Of a DNA stretch of 49,433 nt, positions 1 to 8,814 are shown in pieces. The stretch covers positions 1-49,433 of the IMG/VR virus record IMGVR_UViG_3300017707_001431; one strand, given 5' to 3'. Every line of letters starts with the position of its first letter. Positions within the stretch are counted from its first letter, which is position 1. Under the pieces are notes generated by a model. That model saw only the letters and a program-made list of their open reading frames with translations. It was not told the DNA's origin and searched no databases. The position numbers and the translations under genes are program-made. The DNA comes from a virus. Its lineage: Duplodnaviria; Caudoviricetes.

Positions 1-123
1 CGAGCTCGAAGGGTTGGACGCCATGTTGATGATGCCGTCTCCTGTCGGCGCCGTTGTCGTCGCAACCGGCGCGGTGATTGATGATGCGGTCACTGCTGAC
101 GCAAACAACAGGCGGAATTGATC
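1..123 (+). repeat. Terminal direct repeat, left copy (circular assembly overlap)
   Basis: 1-123 identical to 49311-49433; falls inside a CDS that reads through the junction. Confidence 0.97.
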
Positions 124-144
124 GGGCCATGTTCCAATAACCAT
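1..144 (-). CDS. 5' part of hypothetical virion protein spanning the circular junction (continues to 48945)
   Basis: ATG at 144 preceded by GAGGA; MVIGTWPDQFRLL is in frame with ORF 48945..49418. Confidence 0.8.
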   Translation of the reverse strand, partial: MVIGTWPDQFRLLFASAVTASSITAPVATTTAPTGDGIINMASNPSSS

Positions 145-152
145 AATTATCC

Positions 153-2837
153 TCACATCGCCCGGATACCGGGCCTTCGTATCTGACCGATGGGCGGGAT
201 AACCGGCAATTGCAACCCACGATAAATGGCTGACATCAGCCAGTCCGCCGCCACCGCGCCGCCGTAGCCGCTCAGATGCAGACCGCCGAAGTTGTTCTGC
301 CACACGGCCATGACCTTTACATCCGCGCCGACGCCAGCACTGCCGCCGGAGATCGTGGCTGTGGTCACAATGGTGGATGCGGTGATCGACGCGATCTGAT
401 ACCAGCCCGTGACGACGGGCGTGCCCGTCTTGCTGGTGGGCATTACAAAGACGTACATCGGGCGATACGTTGAGTTGAGCGGGCCGGTGCAGATGTTGGT
501 AAAGCCGTTTGTCTTGGTGATCGTGAGCGTACCGTTCGTCCAAGTCGCGTCGGTGATTGGGAGCAAAAACGGCATCACGCGGCCATCTTGAAACGGCCCT
601 TGCGGCGCGCCTTCGTTGCCAAAGCATGGCGCGGGGATCCCCGGCGTCGCAAACTCACCGCCGCACAGATACTCCCCCTCGCTGATCGCGTACATGGAGA
701 CAAACTCCACCTGGCTGGGGTGAGCTTCGGCAAATTGTTTGGCTGCGATGTTCTGATTCTCGACCCACTGCCGGGTCAGGGCCATCGTCGTCCCGCTGTT
801 CTGCTCGTGAACGTACATGCCCTCTATGAGATACACGCAGGATGAACCAGCGGCCGCGAATGCCGCGTCGATCACCAGTTTGCTCGCCTGATAATTCGCG
901 AGGTATTGGGCAATCGTGTACTGATCGACATCCATGTTGACGGTGACGATGTTCCTGCGGCTGGGATCTGCATCGACCAACCCCTTCGCGATCGCGTTCC
1001 AGGTCAATTGATCCATCGCCTTGTAGCCCGCGACGGCAGCACCGATCTCCTTCTGCCCCCAACTTGCTTCGTCGAGGTTGATCCAGCTCAGGCCGCCGCT
1101 GGAAGATGGAAACACGATCTCGCAACCAAGGATGCACAGATAACGCCCCTGTGTGTCGGCTGCCGTGCCAGTGGTTTTGATTTTGAATCGATAGCTTGTG
1201 ACGCCTTGAGCGCCAGCGCGTTCCTGTAAGTCCCCGAAATCCACTTCCGCCAGCACGGCGATCTGCCCGGCCTTGGTGGCATCGTCGGCCAGGCCCGTGG
1301 GAGTGACGAGCTTGGTGGCATCATCCGCCTGCTGATTCGTCTGCGGGTAAATGCGGACGGACTTTGCCTGAATGTTGATGTCAGAAGCGAAGCGGTGATA
1401 GATCCGCAGCTTCGCGCCACGCATGGCGTACCAGTCGCAACTGAATTTATTCAGCGCGCCGCCAACGCCCATGCTTTGGTTGGCCGTTGATTCACCGATC
1501 GGATCGGCCGTGATCTCGATGATGCCGGTGGAAGTGCCTGATCCGTCGTACCACTCGGTGTATTGTCCGGGCAGTGGCAATGTCGCCACCAGCGTGTCCG
1601 CAACGATGTTACCGGGATCGCTCGTCGTGATGGTCACAATCGCGCCGTCCTGATCGACACCTGTTCCGGTGCCGGCGGTGAAGGTGTCGATCTTCCAGAA
1701 TGTCCCGACAGAAACACTGGTCGATCCAAGCCGCACGGTCTGACCCGGAAGCAGGTTTGGGCCGTCGTAGGTCAGCGTGAGAACGCCGGCGGAATAGGAT
1801 TTCCCGGTGATCGTCCGGGCCGTCGCTGCGTTGTTTTCGACGCGGTAGCCATTCGCTGATGCCACATCGTAGAGCGTGCCGTTGTTGGTCGCCGTCGTTG
1901 CCCGCGGCGTGCTCCAGTAGAACGTACCCAATGTGCCGCCGCTGAGCTTGTTCGCAAGGTTTGCATTGATTCGCGCCGACGAAACTGAACCAAACGAATC
2001 GCCCAGACGAATGATGCGGGCCTTGGGCGTCGGGCCGAACAGATACCGCGTGGCAACCCCCGGATTCGTGTTGACGGGGATCGAGTTGGCCGTGGACTGG
2101 CTGCTGAACAGGTCGGTGTCGTCGGCAAAAATCGGGCGTAACGTGCTGCCAAACAGCAGATTGCCTGACACCACGTCCCGCAGCGAATCGCTCATCGGGA
2201 ATCGCAACAGCGGCGTGATCGACGTGCCGATGCTCGTGGAGGTTTCGCGGTTGTAAGCCGGTGCGCCAGCCGCATAGATCAAGGCACGGTCGCCGGATGT
2301 CAGAACGCCGTTGTAAACTAGCAGATCGGCCAGCAGGACATTAGATCCGGTTTCATAGACTGATTTGTCCGGCAGGCTTGGGATGTTCCGCGCACAACCG
2401 CCCAGGACAAAGTTGATCGTGTTGTTGGGGGTCATGTCCAGACCCGTTCCAATCAGCACGTTGTCCAGATACACCGCGAATTTCAGGTCGGTCGAGCCGC
2501 AGACCATGATCACGTTGTGCCATACATCTGCCGTAACGGTGGACAAATCAGCGTTGCCGTAAACCTGATTGGCTGTGTGATACGCGCGAAGCAGGATCCC
2601 GCCGGTCGCTGATCCATACCGCTGCATCACCAGCCGCGCCATTGCGTCCGCGCCGCCGGGGACGAATGGATAGTTGTCGCTGAACCAGCCCAGCACGTTG
2701 AAGCCCCACGATGAAAGGGGCGATGAAGTGCATTTGAACCACCAACTGTAACTGCGGTTGTTCGTCCGCACGTTCGCGATCGACGAATCGGTGCACCAGG
2801 CGGCAAAGCGGCGGAATTGTGAGAGTTGCAGAGCCAT
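153..2837 (-). CDS. Large virion appendage/tailspike-like protein: N-terminal LamG/concanavalin-like domain plus SGNH-hydrolase-like domain with beta-rich insertions
   Basis: WHNVIMV..FAVYLDNVL (LamG-like); IIRLGDSF block I and C-terminal GLHLSGYGG..AADWL block V (SGNH-like); Thr/Gly rich. Confidence 0.6.
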   Translation of the reverse strand: MALQLSQFRRFAAWCTDSSIANVRTNNRSYSWWFKCTSSPLSSWGFNVLGWFSDNYPFVPGGADAMARLVMQRYGSATGGILLRAYHTANQVYGNADLSTVTADVWHNVIMVCGSTDLKFAVYLDNVLIGTGLDMTPNNTINFVLGGCARNIPSLPDKSVYETGSNVLLADLLVYNGVLTSGDRALIYAAGAPAYNRETSTSIGTSITPLLRFPMSDSLRDVVSGNLLFGSTLRPIFADDTDLFSSQSTANSIPVNTNPGVATRYLFGPTPKARIIRLGDSFGSVSSARINANLANKLSGGTLGTFYWSTPRATTATNNGTLYDVASANGYRVENNAATARTITGKSYSAGVLTLTYDGPNLLPGQTVRLGSTSVSVGTFWKIDTFTAGTGTGVDQDGAIVTITTSDPGNIVADTLVATLPLPGQYTEWYDGSGTSTGIIEITADPIGESTANQSMGVGGALNKFSCDWYAMRGAKLRIYHRFASDINIQAKSVRIYPQTNQQADDATKLVTPTGLADDATKAGQIAVLAEVDFGDLQERAGAQGVTSYRFKIKTTGTAADTQGRYLCILGCEIVFPSSSGGLSWINLDEASWGQKEIGAAVAGYKAMDQLTWNAIAKGLVDADPSRRNIVTVNMDVDQYTIAQYLANYQASKLVIDAAFAAAGSSCVYLIEGMYVHEQNSGTTMALTRQWVENQNIAAKQFAEAHPSQVEFVSMYAISEGEYLCGGEFATPGIPAPCFGNEGAPQGPFQDGRVMPFLLPITDATWTNGTLTITKTNGFTNICTGPLNSTYRPMYVFVMPTSKTGTPVVTGWYQIASITASTIVTTATISGGSAGVGADVKVMAVWQNNFGGLHLSGYGGAVAADWLMSAIYRGLQLPVIPPIGQIRRPGIRAM

Positions 2838-4064
2838 TTATACTTTCAGCGCCTTCCACGTTTCATAAGTCTCTTTGTTCCTGACCTTCATCGCCCGATC
2901 AGACATCACGCCGAATCTTCCAGCCGGCTGTGTGTTCGCAATCAGTCGGTAGCAGAAGATGCGCGAGAGATACGGCTTGACGCCTTCGAAGGCTTTCGCG
3001 ATTTCAGCCCGCCAGCCATTGAATGAGCCAGAGTGCATCCCGTATTCCGTGCAAACTAATTCCTGATCGCCTGTGATTTCGGAGCACTGTTTCACGGTGC
3101 TGATGTTCTCAATAGCATTCGCGCCGTAGGGGTGGATGCTCATCGCGCGGCACTTCAAATGGATTCCGGTGTCGTGAAGCTGTTTGAACGCCGCGACGTT
3201 CTTGCTGATGCTGGGAGCGATTACGGCGATGCCTGAGCCATGCAGCACATCGGCCACGGCGGCGCACGCATCAGCGGCTTGTGGGATGCTGCCTGCCCAG
3301 TAGACCGTGCGTGATCCGATGGTCAGATTGCATTCGTTGATCACCTGCACGGCGTTCAATCCCGAGCCTTCGTACACGTCGCGGAAGGATTTGGCCCATT
3401 CCTTTACCTTCAGGATCGACGGCGGCTTGGATTGATTCACCGCCGGCGTTGCGGTGATCACGATTTCCTTGACGCCCTGATTCATCCACGCCAGCACTTG
3501 CGCGCGGCCTGACTTCTCGGCGGGATCACCAAAGGCAGTCATCCACCAGCGGGTCGCGGTGAATCCACAGTCACGCAGGATCGGAATCGCGGCGTTGATG
3601 TCGTCGGATGCGTAGCAGCAAACGCCCTTGACGCGCAGCTTCTGAACGATGCCATCCGGCGGCTTCGGCACGTCTGGTTTTGGGTCAGGTTTCGGATCTG
3701 GCTTGGGATCTGGTTTTGGATCGGCTGTCTTCGGCCCCACACTAAACCGCCGCTTCGCCGACAGAAACGGATGCCCGCCTTCCTTCTGGGTGTAAGCTGT
3801 CGCCACCAACAGATAGTCATCCGGGAACATCGGCGTGATCGCTTGGTCGCCGCCAAACCGCCACGGGTCTGAATACTCCGTGCTGGCAGTCTCATTCAGT
3901 GTGATCTCAACCCGCTTGATCGTGACGCCTTTGGGAAGGTTCTTGAATGAAACCTGTGGCGTGGATTTATCGGGGAGTTTCTCGAAACGCTGGCCCTCGG
4001 CAACGATGTAGTTCTTGCCGTTGATCTGGTTATGGATTGAAAATACGACTTCGGGGTTTGGCAT
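2838..4064 (-). CDS. Putative clan GH-A glycoside hydrolase with N-terminal Ig-like domain and PKPD linker
   Basis: VQVINECN (acid/base NE), SIHPYG and LVCTEYG (nucleophile) motifs, as in GH5/GH39/GH128-type TIM barrels. Confidence 0.7.
   Translation of the reverse strand: MPNPEVVFSIHNQINGKNYIVAEGQRFEKLPDKSTPQVSFKNLPKGVTIKRVEITLNETASTEYSDPWRFGGDQAITPMFPDDYLLVATAYTQKEGGHPFLSAKRRFSVGPKTADPKPDPKPDPKPDPKPDVPKPPDGIVQKLRVKGVCCYASDDINAAIPILRDCGFTATRWWMTAFGDPAEKSGRAQVLAWMNQGVKEIVITATPAVNQSKPPSILKVKEWAKSFRDVYEGSGLNAVQVINECNLTIGSRTVYWAGSIPQAADACAAVADVLHGSGIAVIAPSISKNVAAFKQLHDTGIHLKCRAMSIHPYGANAIENISTVKQCSEITGDQELVCTEYGMHSGSFNGWRAEIAKAFEGVKPYLSRIFCYRLIANTQPAGRFGVMSDRAMKVRNKETYETWKALKV
3672..3724 (-). 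repeat. Tandem 12-bp repeat encoding (DPKP)4 linker
   Basis: ADPKPDPKPDPKPDPKPD in translation. Confidence 0.85.
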
Positions 4065-4085
4065 CAGCGGCGGTGTTTGTCGCGC

Positions 4086-4370
4086 TCAAAGTTTCTTGCG
4101 TTCAATATCTCGAATGCGTGATTCGTGATCGGCGTGCTGTGATTCCAGTGCTGAAACTCGCAACACAAGATTTGCGTAAATGGTGATTTTGTCGTCGATC
4201 TTTGCGACCGTCGCTTTTACTTCACCGAGTTGTTCTTTTTGTGCCGCCTGCCCCGCGGTGAGCGATGATGCCCACCAGATCAACCCGCCCACTTGAACAA
4301 CGGCGACAACCAAGAGGCTCGCGGCGGTTCCAATGATGATCTTCTTAAAACTGGTGTCCTCTAGTGGCAT
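4086..4370 (-). CDS. Single-TM coiled-coil membrane protein (lysis-cassette-like)
   Basis: Start MPLEDTS with GGAG upstream; hydrophobic segment followed by heptad coil. Confidence 0.65.
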   Translation of the reverse strand: MPLEDTSFKKIIIGTAASLLVVAVVQVGGLIWWASSLTAGQAAQKEQLGEVKATVAKIDDKITIYANLVLRVSALESQHADHESRIRDIERKKL

Positions 4371-4408
4371 TTCAACGGGCTCCAAGTTGTGGAACAGGCA
4401 CAAGTTTC

Positions 4409-4624
4409 TCAGCCTTCAATCGCCTGCGGCGGTGCCTGGACGTCTGACGGCCCAGGCAATGGCGAATCAGGGAATAGTTGCTTGTACGCCACTTCCAACT
4501 CACTCTGCGACTGCAGAAGCGATGCGGTTTCCTCCGCTGTCGTCTTCGCGCGGTTCTCAGCGACGAGTTTCTGCGCCAGGTCGACAGCGCGGGTAACGAG
4601 AATGAGGATTGCGGCAAGATCCAT
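4409..4624 (-). CDS. Hypothetical small protein
   Basis: GGAG SD, co-directional, fills gap. Confidence 0.65.
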   Translation of the reverse strand: MDLAAILILVTRAVDLAQKLVAENRAKTTAEETASLLQSQSELEVAYKQLFPDSPLPGPSDVQAPPQAIEG

Positions 4625-4691
4625 GATTGCTCCGGTCGGTTGTCGATTGAAAGCAGAATGTGCGGATTGGTTGTCGAGATGAAGCTGACAA

Positions 4692-5342
4692 CTATTCCCG
4701 CTTCAACACCCGCGCCCGCCATTTCAGCAGCTCGTCATTCGCGGCCCAGAATGAGCGGATGTAGATCTGCGTGGCGTTGGCATCGCCCACCACTGCGGCA
4801 TGCGTTGCCGCCCGTGCCGCACCCACCGTGGCATCGATGTAAGGCTTGGCATCGGTGAGCTGCTTCTGTGTGATAAGCCCCTGCGTCTTGGCATCATTCA
4901 CCAATTGCAGCGTGGTGGTCAGCGTTTGATTGATCAGCGTCACCTGCTTCGCCGGGCTGGCGGTGCAGGCGATGTTGGACAGCAGCAGCGTCGGGATCAG
5001 CAACATCAGGATTATCAGCGTGTTCCCGCTGTTGCCATGCCCGATATAAGGATCGGCCGGCACGGTCGGTGTCAGCTTCCCGGGCACATCCTCAACCGTC
5101 GCTTTGCCTTGCTGAACTTTCTCGGCGGCCTTGATGAGCTTTTCATCGGTCAACCATGTCGGCCACAAACCCTTTGCTCGCATCAGTGCGATGATCGCAG
5201 TGACGCCGGTGGCGAGTCCCAGGACGATCGCGCCTGTGTAGGTGTCAACCGAGCTTTGGTCGTAACCTTTTTTCAGCAGCCATCCTGCGATGATGGTGCC
5301 GATCCAGCGTGCGAAGATGAAGACCACGTCTTTGATGTTCAT
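4692..5342 (-). CDS. Holin-like 2-TM protein fused to an internal lipoprotein-like segment
   Basis: Start MNIKDVV with AAGGA; two N-terminal TM helices; later LIILMLLIPTLLLSNIAC hydrophobic stretch ending in Cys, then helical domain. Confidence 0.55.
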   Translation of the reverse strand: MNIKDVVFIFARWIGTIIAGWLLKKGYDQSSVDTYTGAIVLGLATGVTAIIALMRAKGLWPTWLTDEKLIKAAEKVQQGKATVEDVPGKLTPTVPADPYIGHGNSGNTLIILMLLIPTLLLSNIACTASPAKQVTLINQTLTTTLQLVNDAKTQGLITQKQLTDAKPYIDATVGAARAATHAAVVGDANATQIYIRSFWAANDELLKWRARVLKRE

Positions 5343-5437
5343 ACGATTCCTTACGGGTTGCACCACTTCACCACTGCGAACGTCCACAGCATCGCCAAGG
5401 CGGCGATGAGGAGGATTTGCCGGTTGAGCCTCACCAG

Positions 5438-5698
5438 TTATTTTCCGGCTGGCCGCTTGTCGAGTCCCTTTTCCACGAAGAGAGCGGATACGTCGTCGCT
5501 GTGAAGGCAGTCGCACAGACACGCGCCAACAACCGGGCCGCCAATGATTGATGCGATGCTGCCATTGCAGTGATCATTTCCTGGCTTTGCATCGAACAGA
5601 ATCCCGATTGCGTTGATATTCACAGGCCCGCTTCCATAGCCAGCCAGAGAAACAATCTTGTCGCCGTTCTTCGCTTCACGTCCGTTTCGATAGTGCAT
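5438..5698 (-). CDS. Conserved phage hypothetical protein (MHYRNGREAK family)
   Basis: GGAGAGG SD; recognisable N-terminal motif and CDCLH. Confidence 0.75.
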   Translation of the reverse strand: MHYRNGREAKNGDKIVSLAGYGSGPVNINAIGILFDAKPGNDHCNGSIASIIGGPVVGACLCDCLHSDDVSALFVEKGLDKRPAGK

Positions 5699-5720
5699 AA
5701 AAACCTCTCCGTTCGAACTA

Positions 5721-5936
5721 TTAAGGATTCCTTACAGGTTGCCGTTCCAGCCGCGTTACCCGCCCATCAAGCCGGTCAATCAGCCGTGAGTGATCGGCCA
5801 CAACGGGCCCGAGTTCATTCCCCTGCGTCGTCGCCCGGCAGTCACACGTCGGGGCCGCGCTGATGAAAAGCACGATGATGATCGACGACAGGACGCACGC
5901 GACGGCGGTCTGATATTCGTGAAGCCAGCGTGACAT
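5721..5936 (-). CDS. Small membrane-anchored protein
   Basis: MSRWLHE start, one TM, C-terminal coil. Confidence 0.55.
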   Translation of the reverse strand: MSRWLHEYQTAVACVLSSIIIVLFISAAPTCDCRATTQGNELGPVVADHSRLIDRLDGRVTRLERQPVRNP

Positions 5937-5991
5937 TTTGGAAAGCCCGGCGAGGGGATCGAACCCTGACGACGGGCCGGTAGTGGAGTTT

Positions 5992-6261
5992 TCAGTTACA
6001 TCGCACGAATTCCGGGGAAAGATTGCCGACGCGGCGAACAGCATCATTTTTGACTGGTTCGAGCGATCGGCCTGTTTGCTCACTGATCGACTTTTTCACG
6101 GCAGCAATCCGGCGCTGGGCCGTGCGAAGCGGGGTTTCGAGCCATTCGGCGATCTGTGGGGCAGATACGCCGTCGGCCAGCCATTCGGCGATTTCCCGGT
6201 CTTCGCGGCTCAGCGAAAGTGCTACCATCCACCCTATAGGGCAAACACCGCCAAGTATCAC
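5992..6261 (-). CDS. LuxR/sigma-region-4-type HTH protein, candidate late-gene regulator
   Basis: LSREDREIAEWLADGVSAPQIAEWL..PLRTAQRRI pattern; sits at early/late boundary. Confidence 0.7.
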   Translation of the reverse strand: MILGGVCPIGWMVALSLSREDREIAEWLADGVSAPQIAEWLETPLRTAQRRIAAVKKSISEQTGRSLEPVKNDAVRRVGNLSPEFVRCN

Positions 6262-6683
6262 AGGCGACCTCTCATGCCACCGCGCATTCGAATCTTCGCA
6301 ACCGATCCTTCAAGCCGCTCCATGATCGACCGCGGCATTCGCTCATAAGCGCACTCGGTCGAAACGCCAGAAGAACGCATGTAATGAGCCGGCCACAGTT
6401 TCACGCCTTTGCATGAGTGGCAGTTGCACGGTTGCATTGGAGTGTTTTCGGATGGTGGGGGGTAAATGTGATACAGCGCAAGGGCGGATACCACGTCCTT
6501 TGATTCAGGAGGGATGCCGTATGCCTGGCAGAGTTCCGCCGATCGATCTGTCCACGGCCGGGAGCACGTCACGCGCATGATCCGGTTTCGGATGCGCGAT
6601 AGCTCGACCAATGAATACTCGACCGGCGACTTGCCGCGTTTTTTGCGCTTGTTCTTTTTCCGCTTCTGCTGTGTGGCAACCAT
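6258..6683 (-). CDS. Hypothetical basic, Cys-containing protein
   Basis: ATGA overlap with downstream gene; CNCHSC. Confidence 0.65.
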   Translation of the reverse strand: MVATQQKRKKNKRKKRGKSPVEYSLVELSRIRNRIMRVTCSRPWTDRSAELCQAYGIPPESKDVVSALALYHIYPPPSENTPMQPCNCHSCKGVKLWPAHYMRSSGVSTECAYERMPRSIMERLEGSVAKIRMRGGMRGRL

Positions 6684-6914
6684 CCTTGAATCTCCACCCG
6701 TGCCGCTGATCGGCCTTGGACATGGAACAGCAGGCGAGATACAATCGCCCGCGCTCGAAGTAGAGTTTTCTTCACCGCTCCTTGCCGGGGGCGGTTTTTA
6801 TTTCGGGATGTTTCGTCGGGTGCTGTGAGGAACGGGGATCTTGACCGGCAGATTTGATCGTTGCATGGTTGCTTCCTTTTCGTGCTTAAAGCCCGGTCGC
6901 ATCGGGCTGGTGAA

Positions 6915-7157
6915 TCATTTCGGGTCTTTTGCGCGTGTCGGTCGTTTCTTCGGTTTCGCGCCGGGAACCACTTTCAAACCCAGCGCCGTGAACATTACTT
7001 TGAGTGCCGCCGTGTTCGTCTCTCGCTTGCCTGCAAGGTAGGGGTGAACCGTCTGGCGGCTGAGTCCCATTGCATGACACGCCTCTGCAAGCTGGTACGC
7101 TCCCCACTTCAATTGCTTCATGCGCTTGTGGATGATCTCCCGGAAGTCCTGTTTCAT
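6915..7157 (-). CDS. XRE/Cro-CI family HTH regulator, probably leaderless
   Basis: IHKRMKQLKWGAYQLAEA...LSRQTVHPYLAGKRE HTH; ATG 7157 lies 7 nt after a TACCAT -10 box. Confidence 0.8.
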   Translation of the reverse strand: MKQDFREIIHKRMKQLKWGAYQLAEACHAMGLSRQTVHPYLAGKRETNTAALKVMFTALGLKVVPGAKPKKRPTRAKDPK

Positions 7158-7164
7158 TCCGGGT

Positions 7165-7192
7165 ATGGTATCGAGTTCGATAGTGGTGGCAA
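7165..7192 (-). promoter_or_regulatory. Promoter with degenerate operator upstream of XRE gene
   Basis: Minus strand TTGCCA-16-TACCAT; plus strand ATGGTATC-N6-GATAGTGG resembles the consensus operator. Confidence 0.6.
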
Positions 7193-7206
7193 CTGTAGAC
7201 ATTTAT

Positions 7207-7488
7207 TCACTTTGCTTTCGCCGCCCGCTCGGCTGCTTCGCGAGAGCTGTAGTGTTCCGGCCAAACGCCATTCGTGTAGACCTCGTAAACCAATATATCG
7301 CTCGGTTCATCCCCGCCCCATTCGTGCCAAACGGTCATACCGGGAACGATTGAAAAGCCGTCGGCAGTTTTGGGAAGTGCCTTCGTGATTCGCAGGTAGT
7401 CTTTCAGATACCCCAACACCTCCTCCATTGACCCGCCCGGCGCGGGGTTGTCGCGTTCGATGCGTTGGATCGTTAGTTCGAGGCTCAT
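7207..7488 (-). CDS. Hypothetical protein
   Basis: GGAGG SD, ATGA coupling. Confidence 0.7.
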   Translation of the reverse strand: MSLELTIQRIERDNPAPGGSMEEVLGYLKDYLRITKALPKTADGFSIVPGMTVWHEWGGDEPSDILVYEVYTNGVWPEHYSSREAAERAAKAK

Positions 7489-8090
7489 GGGTTGCCTCCA
7501 TCTTCTGCCACTGGCGGCGGGTTGGCGTTGAGGTGCGCAAGGATCTCGTCGTGGTGGCCGTCATAGTCTGAGAAGTTCTCATAGTCCCAAACCCACTTGC
7601 CGGATTCATCCTTGAAGGCTGTGCCGCTTTGGTGGCAATCCTCCTGCCCGTTCTTGCGGGTTTCTTCAATGCTGATCGTGCCGTCCGATCCGACGCCGCT
7701 AGTTGAGTATTCGCCATCGAGGAAATAGAAACTGATACGTTTTTCGTACATCGCTTTGCTCATGGCTTGCCTCCGTGCCGCCTCCGCGATGGCGAGAAGT
7801 GACGGGAGATGGTTGCGGGCGGATGCGATGAAATCACCGTCAACCTTGCTTGTGGCTGCAACAGAGACACAGCAACGCAACGGGCCTTGATGTGTTGCAT
7901 AAACCGCTGCACCGCCGTCCTCATCAGCTTTCCCGCATACCCAAGGCGCGTTCGTCGCCTTCGCTTCCAGTTCCTTCAACGCCGCAAGTTGTTCGATGCC
8001 GATGGGGAGGGTCATTTGGTCACGCTCGCTTTTGTTTGCGTACACAATCGGGCCTGTGCTGTTGTCGTCTATATCATCGTATCCGCTCAT
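7485..8090 (-). CDS. Ead/Ea22-like early protein
   Basis: LKELEAKATNAPW...DFIASARNHLPSLL motif. Confidence 0.6.
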   Translation of the reverse strand: MSGYDDIDDNSTGPIVYANKSERDQMTLPIGIEQLAALKELEAKATNAPWVCGKADEDGGAAVYATHQGPLRCCVSVAATSKVDGDFIASARNHLPSLLAIAEAARRQAMSKAMYEKRISFYFLDGEYSTSGVGSDGTISIEETRKNGQEDCHQSGTAFKDESGKWVWDYENFSDYDGHHDEILAHLNANPPPVAEDGGNP

Positions 8091-8488
8091 TCCTTCTCCT
8101 TCCCGCCAGCGACGGCGGCGAGGGCTGCTGCACGAAATGGCACACCAACAAAATTGCGATGCCCGTCAAATTCTTTGTTGGCGTCTGTTTGTCTTTGAAA
8201 CTGGAAATCTATCGGTAGGCTGGTTCGTGCTGACAGCCATTCCGAAATGCACACGTTCAGAAACTTCAACCGGTTTTCATTGACGCAAAACATGGCATCA
8301 AATTCCGCATCGTCGAGGATGCACCGAAGATCAACGTCGCGATAATTCGCTCGCTCAAGTGATGATCCAACTTGATAGGTGCAAAATCCGAATGCGGCGG
8401 ACAACATTCGACACTGGTGTTGCAAGTTGAATTGCTCATTGACGGCGAGGTAGCTTGCTCGCTTCTTTTCATTCGTCGGCTCGGTCAT
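8087..8488 (-). CDS. Minimal Pol-beta-superfamily nucleotidyltransferase-like protein
   Basis: YQVGSS...YRDVDLR (hGS..DxD) and IDFQFQ third Asp; start MTEPTNE with AAGGA. Confidence 0.65.
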   Translation of the reverse strand: MTEPTNEKKRASYLAVNEQFNLQHQCRMLSAAFGFCTYQVGSSLERANYRDVDLRCILDDAEFDAMFCVNENRLKFLNVCISEWLSARTSLPIDFQFQRQTDANKEFDGHRNFVGVPFRAAALAAVAGGKEKE

Positions 8489-8663
8489 GGGGAATGTCCT
8501 TTCGATCAATGTAAACCTCTCGAAATTCCACCGGCGATCCCGTTTCTTTATGCCAAGCCATCCACTCGTAATACCTTCCGAGATTGCACTCAACCCACTG
8601 CTGGCCGGGGAGCCGGTAGGCGTAGGCGGATCGTTTCACCAGATGGTCGGGGATGTCACTCAT
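8469..8663 (-). CDS. Hypothetical protein
   Basis: AAAGGA SD, co-directional. Confidence 0.6.
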   Translation of the reverse strand: MSDIPDHLVKRSAYAYRLPGQQWVECNLGRYYEWMAWHKETGSPVEFREVYIDRKDIPHDRADE

Positions 8664-8676
8664 TTGGCATGTCCTT

Positions 8677-8814
8677 TCAATGAATCGAAACGTGTTGAAA
8701 TAGCCAAATGATTCCGTACACCAGACCGATCACGACGCCAACAAACAGTACGCCACAAATGAAGGCTGTCGCGATCAGCGATGTAAACACGCCACTGAGC
8801 ATTTGCTTGTCCAT
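8677..8814 (-). CDS. Small membrane protein (45 aa), not in ORF track
   Basis: MDKQMLSGVFTSLIATAFICGVLFVGVVIGLVYGIIWLFQHVSIH; TGATG coupling to upstream gene. Confidence 0.7.
   Translation of the reverse strand: MDKQMLSGVFTSLIATAFICGVLFVGVVIGLVYGIIWLFQHVSIH

Noticed and set aside
1-123. 123-bp end repeat as a biological terminal repeat
   Set aside because: It lies mid-gene and the ORF reads through the junction; best explained as assembler overlap of a circular contig
6798-6866. 22-aa ORF after a CACGAAAAGGA leader
   Set aside because: Plausible SD but too short to support without ribosome profiling
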